From: a virus
Lineage: Duplodnaviria > Caudoviricetes
Length of the DNA: 41,622 nt
Virus record (IMG/VR): IMGVR_UViG_3300022690_001299
Span: 1-41,622 of that record
Strand: one strand, 5' to 3'
Shown here: one piece after another, positions 35,817 through 41,622 of the stretch
Numbering within the stretch: position 1 is the stretch's first letter
Layout: every line of letters begins with the position of its first letter
Program-made: the position numbers and the translations under genes
Notes under the pieces: model-generated
The model's input: the letters and a program-made list of their open reading frames with translations, nothing else
Told to the model about the DNA's origin: nothing
Databases searched by the model: none

Positions 35817-36962
35817 ATGGCTACTACAGGAATGTTAACGGGCAATGCGTTGACCGTTAAATTATGGGCAAAGCTTGGCTATGTCGATATGTATAAAAAC
35901 ACGGCATTCGGGCGCATGGCTCGTCGTGGTACGATAATGAGAGCTAAGGAGCTTGACCGCGCTGAAGCCGGAGATGATGTAACTTTCAATTTCACAGGTA
36001 TACTTACTGGTGTCGGCACAGGTGAAGGTGGTACACTAACTGGAAATGAAGAAGCCTTAGACCTTCAATCCTTTTCAATGCAATATAATGTTTTCCGTCA
36101 CGCGGTCGCGTCACCTAATGACGATACTATTGAGCAAGCACGGACATTAGTACGTTTTGAGGAAAGAGCACGGGAACTTTTACCGGCTTTCCATGCCTCA
36201 CGTTTAGATGCTTCGGTATTTAACCAATTGGCGGGGGTAAATTCTACTACTATTACAGTTGATGGTACGGTTTATTCCGGTACAGACAGAACTTTTGTGC
36301 AAGGTTTGAATACCACTAATGCACCCACTACCAACCGTATTGTTCGCGCTGGTGGGGCTGCTACAGATGAAGCTCTTACCTCGGCCGATACTATAACACT
36401 TGATCTTATCGACGCGTCCCTTGAACAACTACAAAGAACTTATCCTTATGCCGGTGCTTTAGATAACCAGGAATTTGATCTTTACATATCATTTGAGCAG
36501 GAAGTAGACCTTAAGCGTGATACTAGCGGTAAGATACAATGGTATGCTAATTATCTAGCCGTGACAGAAGGTGGTGTTACTAGTGAAAATCCTATTTTCA
36601 CAGGTAGTAAATACGGCACTCAACCTATTGGTAAGTACGCTAATGTTAATATTATACCGACTTTCCGAGTTGCCACAGGTGTAAATAGTGGTACTTCCGC
36701 AGCCATCACAACCGTACGCCGTGCAGTTCTTTGCGGGCGCAATGCTTTATCCTTTGCTTCCAGATTTGGCGGAGAGCTTAGTGATGGTAAGGCCGATGAG
36801 AAAGGAAATGTTCCTTTTAAATATTCTACACAGTTGAAGGATTACGATTATATCAAAGGTATCGAGGCCCGTATGATTTACGGTGTTAAGAAAATCCAGT
36901 TTGATAGTGAGGATTTCGGTTCGACTGTTATTTCAACCTTTGCCGCTGCGCATACTTCATAA
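35817..36962 (+). CDS. Major capsid protein (DUF4043 / N4-gp56-like)
   Basis: TVKLWA, GDDVTF, LTGNEEAL, RHAV, RAVLCG.NA, YGVKK..F...DFG; AGGAG RBS before ATG 35817. Confidence 0.9.
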   Translation: MATTGMLTGNALTVKLWAKLGYVDMYKNTAFGRMARRGTIMRAKELDRAEAGDDVTFNFTGILTGVGTGEGGTLTGNEEALDLQSFSMQYNVFRHAVASPNDDTIEQARTLVRFEERARELLPAFHASRLDASVFNQLAGVNSTTITVDGTVYSGTDRTFVQGLNTTNAPTTNRIVRAGGAATDEALTSADTITLDLIDASLEQLQRTYPYAGALDNQEFDLYISFEQEVDLKRDTSGKIQWYANYLAVTEGGVTSENPIFTGSKYGTQPIGKYANVNIIPTFRVATGVNSGTSAAITTVRRAVLCGRNALSFASRFGGELSDGKADEKGNVPFKYSTQLKDYDYIKGIEARMIYGVKKIQFDSEDFGSTVISTFAAAHTS

Positions 36963-36973
36963 GGAGATTTAAA

Positions 36974-37441
36974 ATGACTAATCCAACCATATTTGCTGCA
37001 GGGATCGGTGATGCTACGAACAGGTTTGTTTCCCGTTCGGAGCCTCAAGGTACTTTACCGCAGAAAACAATTGCTACTATTCCGGCCGTGACAGTCGCCG
37101 GTACTAATATTGGTATGATTCGATTCGAGAGGAACTTTAGTTTAGTTGGTCTCGCTATTAAATCGGATGATTTAGATACGGGTACAGCTGTCCTTCTAGA
37201 TGTAGGTTTTTTATTGGATGATACAACAGGTGAGGATGATAATGCATTTTTGGATAATATAGATATTGCCCAAGATGGAGGGTCACTTCTTTGGCCTGTA
37301 GCTGACGGTTTGCTTACCGGTATTAGTTTTGTAGCTACTGGGGGCGGATGGTTGAGTGTAACCACTAGAGCAGCCTCTACAACTACGGCGGGTGATATTA
37401 CTGTAATAGCTGAATTTACCTATGATTTACTTGGTAAGTAG
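36974..37441 (+). CDS. Capsid decoration/cement-like protein
   Basis: SDDLDTG...LDVG, TAGDITV..EF; directly after the capsid gene. Confidence 0.6.
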   Translation: MTNPTIFAAGIGDATNRFVSRSEPQGTLPQKTIATIPAVTVAGTNIGMIRFERNFSLVGLAIKSDDLDTGTAVLLDVGFLLDDTTGEDDNAFLDNIDIAQDGGSLLWPVADGLLTGISFVATGGGWLSVTTRAASTTTAGDITVIAEFTYDLLGK

Positions 37442-38110
37442 ATGGCCACATTATCTGAGTTGAGGACGTTAATATCAAATAAACTGGCGGACGGTAATTT
37501 GATAGACCCGACCTCGGCTCAAATCGATGCTCAAATTAATTCTACTATAGAATATTATGAGACGGACGCTTTCTGGTTTTCAGAGGAAATTGCAGCGTTA
37601 AGTACAACGGCGGGGAATGCTGTGTTAAGCGGTATTCCCTCCGATTTTAAACAAGAGATATTGCCCAACGGATTAACTGTTATCGAGGGACAAATTCATT
37701 ATCCCCTACGTAAATTAAGTCCATTAGAATATGAGTCTATTTTTATAGACGATACCCAAGGATTACCAAGGGCTTATACGTTTAGAAAAGGACAATTTGA
37801 ACTGTGGTATACGCCCGATAGAGTTTATACGGTGAATTTGTTTTATAGAAAAACATATGCAGATTTAACGACTGACGGTAGTAGTAATGATTTTACTACT
37901 AATGCCGCAAGATTAGTAGAATACAAGACCTTAGCTGATTTATTGAGAGACTACAGAAGTGATAATGAGCGTGCTTTATTGTATGATATCAGAGTTGAAA
38001 AAGAATACAATAAAATCAAGAAACAAACTAACAATAGAACTGTTACCGGATATTTAACAACAGAAAATATTGTTGAGAGAAATAATGGGTATTATGCCAA
38101 TTATTATTAA
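37442..38110 (+). CDS. Head-tail adaptor / tail tubular protein
   Basis: TLSELRT.I...L, IPSDF, GLPRAY, LWYTPD.VY. Confidence 0.7.
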   Translation: MATLSELRTLISNKLADGNLIDPTSAQIDAQINSTIEYYETDAFWFSEEIAALSTTAGNAVLSGIPSDFKQEILPNGLTVIEGQIHYPLRKLSPLEYESIFIDDTQGLPRAYTFRKGQFELWYTPDRVYTVNLFYRKTYADLTTDGSSNDFTTNAARLVEYKTLADLLRDYRSDNERALLYDIRVEKEYNKIKKQTNNRTVTGYLTTENIVERNNGYYANYY

Positions 38111-38126
38111 TTAGAGGAGAAAGATT

Positions 38127-38696
38127 ATGCCTGATGGAGTACTTTTACCTGGTGCGTTAGGAAGACAAACTACTTCAGATTTTGGTGGAACTATTACTCA
38201 AGCTACCGGCAAGACTGATTATAGTAAATTGCTTGGGATAGAGAAAGTTGTAGTACAGACAGTTGGAACTTGGACCCCCACCCGTGTGTCTCAAGCAGAC
38301 GTGGTTTTACGCCATACAGCAGCTGATGAGACAGCTATTTTAATGATCGATGTTACGGAAGAAATACGTGTAGCGACTGCAAAGGGCTTTCAACTTAAAA
38401 CGCTAGACTATATCTGGAAGAATGATACCGCCAATTTAGACGCTCATACTGCTACATTGGACAGGATTAAATATATTAATGTAGCTTCTCCGACTGTTAC
38501 TTCCATGCCAATAACAGGGACGCTAGGAACCGGTTCAATTGCTACTCCTCAAATAGCTGTTTTAACTGTTACTACTCCGGTATTTGAGAACGTAGAGTGT
38601 GCAAAAATTGTACTTGAAACGACTGTTAATGCTGCTGCTACTAGTGCTTATGATTTTATAGGAGTGTGTATGAAGTTTACCAGGAATGATTTATAA
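38127..38696 (+). CDS. Virion structural protein, function unknown
   Basis: GAGGAG RBS; Thr/Val-rich, beta-strand character. Confidence 0.55.
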   Translation: MPDGVLLPGALGRQTTSDFGGTITQATGKTDYSKLLGIEKVVVQTVGTWTPTRVSQADVVLRHTAADETAILMIDVTEEIRVATAKGFQLKTLDYIWKNDTANLDAHTATLDRIKYINVASPTVTSMPITGTLGTGSIATPQIAVLTVTTPVFENVECAKIVLETTVNAAATSAYDFIGVCMKFTRNDL

Positions 38697-38729
38697 GATC
38701 TAACTTGATGTGCAGCGATGGTATAAGCG

Positions 38730-39161
38730 ATGACCATATTACATGCAGGGGAAATAGGAAGGTTTAACACATCGCTTAATATAAATGATTTGGACGACTT
38801 TACTATTTTACGTGTTGGTGAATTAATACGTGTTCCTGCTACTCTGGTAGCTTCTTATGTTATTGCGGAAAATACTACTACCAAGAATTTAGTATTTGCA
38901 GATTCCCCATATACGGTACTAATCACAGATGATTATATAAGTGTTGATACAAGCGCGGGAACGGTCGTCATAAATTTATTAGCATTGGCAACTGCACCGC
39001 GTAAACCTTTATCCATAAAATTGAGTACCGGAGCACCTAACGTTGTAACTTTAACTCCTAACGGGAGTGATACTATAGATAATGCTGCAGATTTATCTAT
39101 AGCAAGTAACGGGAATGCAGAGAAAATAGTACCTTTCACCAGTACATGGGAGAGTTTTTAA
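38730..39161 (+). CDS. Tail-fibre-associated beta-domain protein
   Basis: SPYTV..TDDYISVDTSAGTVVINL...VTLTPNGSDTID...W. Confidence 0.6.
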   Translation: MTILHAGEIGRFNTSLNINDLDDFTILRVGELIRVPATLVASYVIAENTTTKNLVFADSPYTVLITDDYISVDTSAGTVVINLLALATAPRKPLSIKLSTGAPNVVTLTPNGSDTIDNAADLSIASNGNAEKIVPFTSTWESF

Positions 39162-40390
39162 TGGGATTACGAAATGTATTTGGTACGGTAGTAACTGATC
39201 TGGAAGGGTTTAATAAAATATATGTGGATTCGTTAGCTGCTTTTATACTTACCTCTCCCCCGATTGTGTCTAATGTGATAACCCTGCGGGATAATTCAAG
39301 TTATATATTTTCTAAGCCAATTGATTTTGGCGATCTCACATTTTTTATTCCTGATAATGGTCGTGTAAAATTTTCAGCAATGAACGATATAGCGCAATCT
39401 ATTACGTGTGGTGCAATTGGTGGGATTCCTTTTATTAGGGGTAATGTGGATAGGCTTGATTTAACTGAGATAAGAATCAATTGTTCAAGTGGCTTGGCGA
39501 ACTTGCTTAGTATTGGTAAGGCACCCGTTCCTATCTCAAATTTCCCGCTTGTATCAATTGATCGCTGTATAATAAATGATTTCAATTCGTTGGGATCTGT
39601 TAACGATATCGTTATCACGATTACGGATAATGCTTTTATAGGAAACGGAGAGGGTTTTACTTTTAATAATTTAATAGCAGCACAAACAGTTAGACAAACT
39701 TTTGCCGGACATACTGGAGATAGTTTTATTATTACGGGTTCGCTTGATGATGGCTTTTTTGACAATACTGTTGATTTCCATTTAACAAATACGGCAACTT
39801 TTAATATAGCGTCTACGGTAACCGGAAACAGGATTATAATTAAAAATTCTCTTATTGGTGGGAGTCCTTTAGGGACTCTATTTAAAGCTGGCGGAAAAGA
39901 TCAGACCGATCCGTTGGTAGTATCTTTAAATAATACTGCTGGTGTTCCTGATAGCAACTGGATAGGTTCTATGGGTTTTTCTGACAACGTTACCCCTACC
40001 GTTATCAGTTCGATAGATACATACACTGACATATCCGGTACAATGGCCGGTAATATTAACGATGAGCGATTCACTATATCTGGTAACATTTTAACATACA
40101 TAGGGAAAGAAGATATAAAAGCTCTAGCTCTAACAGATATATCTGCAACTAGAACTATTCCTGCCTCATCTAACAGAACGATTAAGACTGCTGTTTTTGT
40201 GGATAGTGGTTCTGGATTTGTAGAAAAAGGGAGTGCCCCTATGGACATGTCGGGTATTTTGAGGGCTTATTCTTTTCATACTCTGTTATTATTGCAAACT
40301 GGCGATAAAATTAAAGGTATGATTAAGAATGTAGATACTACGGACGATATTTTACCTGTTAATTTCAGATTAACGGTGTCCAAATTATGA
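39161..40390 (+). CDS. Tailspike / receptor-binding-like protein
   Basis: Asn/Ile/Thr-rich beta-helix-like middle and a beta-sandwich C-terminus (LQTGDKI); ATG coupled to the upstream stop. Confidence 0.55.
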   Translation: MGLRNVFGTVVTDLEGFNKIYVDSLAAFILTSPPIVSNVITLRDNSSYIFSKPIDFGDLTFFIPDNGRVKFSAMNDIAQSITCGAIGGIPFIRGNVDRLDLTEIRINCSSGLANLLSIGKAPVPISNFPLVSIDRCIINDFNSLGSVNDIVITITDNAFIGNGEGFTFNNLIAAQTVRQTFAGHTGDSFIITGSLDDGFFDNTVDFHLTNTATFNIASTVTGNRIIIKNSLIGGSPLGTLFKAGGKDQTDPLVVSLNNTAGVPDSNWIGSMGFSDNVTPTVISSIDTYTDISGTMAGNINDERFTISGNILTYIGKEDIKALALTDISATRTIPASSNRTIKTAVFVDSGSGFVEKGSAPMDMSGILRAYSFHTLLLLQTGDKIKGMIKNVDTTDDILPVNFRLTVSKL

Positions 40391-40683
40391 AAAATACAGT
40401 GATGGTCAACGGTGATAAGACTCTTGGTGAAGGGGATGACGGCACTATACAGTGCGTAGGTGCATCTGCTATAATAACATTACCACATGAAGATACTTGG
40501 AAGTTTAAAATCAATGATGAAATACAAATTATTTCTAATACCGCGGCTAATGTTAGTGTTGTTGGTGAAACTGGTGTTATGGTGATTCCACTTCCTTCTG
40601 CTTTAATTACCTCAAAAGGCAGCGGTGTAACTGTTAAATACGAGGGCAATAATACCTACTTAATGTGGGGAAGTTTAAATTAA
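40387..40683 (+). CDS. Small tail-fibre C-terminal-like domain protein
   Basis: IITLP...EIQII...VSVVGETGV...YLMWGSL. Confidence 0.6.
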   Translation: MKNTVMVNGDKTLGEGDDGTIQCVGASAIITLPHEDTWKFKINDEIQIISNTAANVSVVGETGVMVIPLPSALITSKGSGVTVKYEGNNTYLMWGSLN

Positions 40684-40698
40684 CCAAGGAGAAAGACT

Positions 40699-40864
40699 AT
40701 GCCGGCTTATCAAGGAGGAAATCCATTAATGAAAGGGGGGAAAACGTAAGTCTCCCAAAAAAGCTAAGAGGAAATCTATGAAAGGTCGTAGTGCACGTGA
40801 TCCTGAATCTATCCGTAAGGAACAAATGGTTCGGAAAGGGATATCTAACCATGTATCTGCATAA
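40699..40864 (+). pseudogene. Basic micro-protein gene interrupted by a +1 frameshift at a G6A4 run
   Basis: AAGGAG RBS; MPAYQGGNPLMKGGKT* as read; the +1 frame continues KRKSPKKAKRKSMKGRSARDPESIRKEQMVRKGISNHVSA*. Confidence 0.5.
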
Positions 40865-40889
40865 ATAATAGTAATTGAGGAGTAAGATT

Positions 40890-41021
40890 ATGGCCGATAC
40901 AAAAGGTTCATATAAAAAACCAGGAAGGCCCTCTAAAGCTGCTAAGGCTGCTGCAAGAGCAAAGCATAAGAAAGGTTCAAAGAGTGCTCACAAGAGCGTT
41001 CACAAGAGAATGAGGAAATAA
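40890..41021 (+). CDS. 43-aa basic protein with an AT-hook-like motif
   Basis: GAGGAG RBS; MADTKGSYKKPGRPSKAAKAAARAKHKKGSKSAHKSVHKRMRK. Confidence 0.7.
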   Translation: MADTKGSYKKPGRPSKAAKAAARAKHKKGSKSAHKSVHKRMRK

Positions 41022-41031
41022 GAGGTCTATA

Positions 41032-41211
41032 ATGGCTAGGAAAAAGCCTACTACCAAGGCTGGGAAGGAGCGAAAAGTCCGGAGGGTTTTGCGTGAGTTT
41101 AAAGAAGGTACGTTAAAGACTTCTGCCGGCAGTAAGGTAAAGAGTCGTAAGCAAGGTATTGCTATCGCTCTATCTGAGGCCGGTTTATCTAAACCTAAGA
41201 GGAAAAAGTGA
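41032..41211 (+). CDS. 59-aa basic protein (DUF6496-like)
   Basis: GAGG RBS; KVRRVLREFKEGTLKTSAGSKVKSRKQGIAIALSEAG. Confidence 0.75.
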   Translation: MARKKPTTKAGKERKVRRVLREFKEGTLKTSAGSKVKSRKQGIAIALSEAGLSKPKRKK

Positions 41212-41622
41212 TGCCAACTCCAACAACTAATTTTAGTTTCAATAAGCCTTTAGTTAACAATGCTGTCGACCAAGATTTATGGGGCGGTCAGTTAAATGAT
41301 AACTGGGATCAGGCGGATACTCTTTTTGCGACGGGTATCGTAAAAGTTGTTACATCAACCTCTAATGCTACTACCATTGACCTGAGCACAACTGAGAGAA
41401 TAAATCCTGTTTTTTCTCATACATTCACAGAAAACACTACATTTTCTTTTACAAACCCCCAACCCTCTGGAACAAATAGTGGTTTTAAGCTTTTTTTAAC
41501 TAATGATGGGACTGGGCGAACCCCCACCTGGCCAGGAACTGTGATATGGGATAGCGGGATAGAGCCGACATTAACAACAGCAAATGAAAAAAATATTCTT
41601 GTATTTGAAACGATAGACGGCG
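41211..41622 (+). CDS. Tail-fibre-like protein, 5' part (continues across the junction to 188; about 151 aa)
   Basis: MPTPTTNFSFNKP...DLWGGQLNDNWDQAD, then TIDLS...TFSFTNPQPSG...WPGTVIW. Confidence 0.8.
   Translation, partial: MPTPTTNFSFNKPLVNNAVDQDLWGGQLNDNWDQADTLFATGIVKVVTSTSNATTIDLSTTERINPVFSHTFTENTTFSFTNPQPSGTNSGFKLFLTNDGTGRTPTWPGTVIWDSGIEPTLTTANEKNILVFETIDG
41479..41622. repeat. Terminal direct repeat, right copy
   Basis: Identical to 1-144. Confidence 0.97.

Noticed and set aside
1-41622. Alternative genetic code, tRNA genes, introns or inteins
   Set aside because: Core genes (terL, portal, capsid, polymerase, helicase) are intact and of normal length in the standard code, and I recognised no cloverleaf or splicing motifs by eye. 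A covariance-model scan was not run.

Overview
This window is an essentially complete, circularly permuted dsDNA phage genome of about 41,478 bp. The first 144 nt are repeated exactly at 41479-41622, and one tail gene runs across the junction. The virion module is podovirus-type (terminase, P22-like portal, scaffold, DUF4043-type capsid, tail connector/hub, three ejection proteins), with many putative fibre/lectin proteins and a peptidase M15 lysis cassette. Replication is APSE/Bcep22-style: primase-VirE helicase, DUF2800 nuclease, DUF2815 SSB, family A polymerase, VRR-NUC and SNF2 helicase. I see no integrase, no CI-type repressor with a peptidase domain, no tRNA and no CRISPR array. An XRE regulator hints at an alphaproteobacterial host. 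The most notable items are: (1) a dual-frame C5-cytosine methyltransferase whose nested second frame carries motif IX and four tandem W[AP]T[PV] modules, a candidate modular multispecific MTase; (2) two paralogous pentapeptide-repeat genes with near-identical flanks but different 15-bp arrays; (3) a 12-copy TGTCACCCC iteron/palindrome region, probably the origin; (4) a set of unannotated, very basic micro-proteins; (5) a glycosyltransferase inside the tail operon; (6) accessory genes flanked by duplicated gene ends. All family assignments come from motif recognition by eye, not from database searches.
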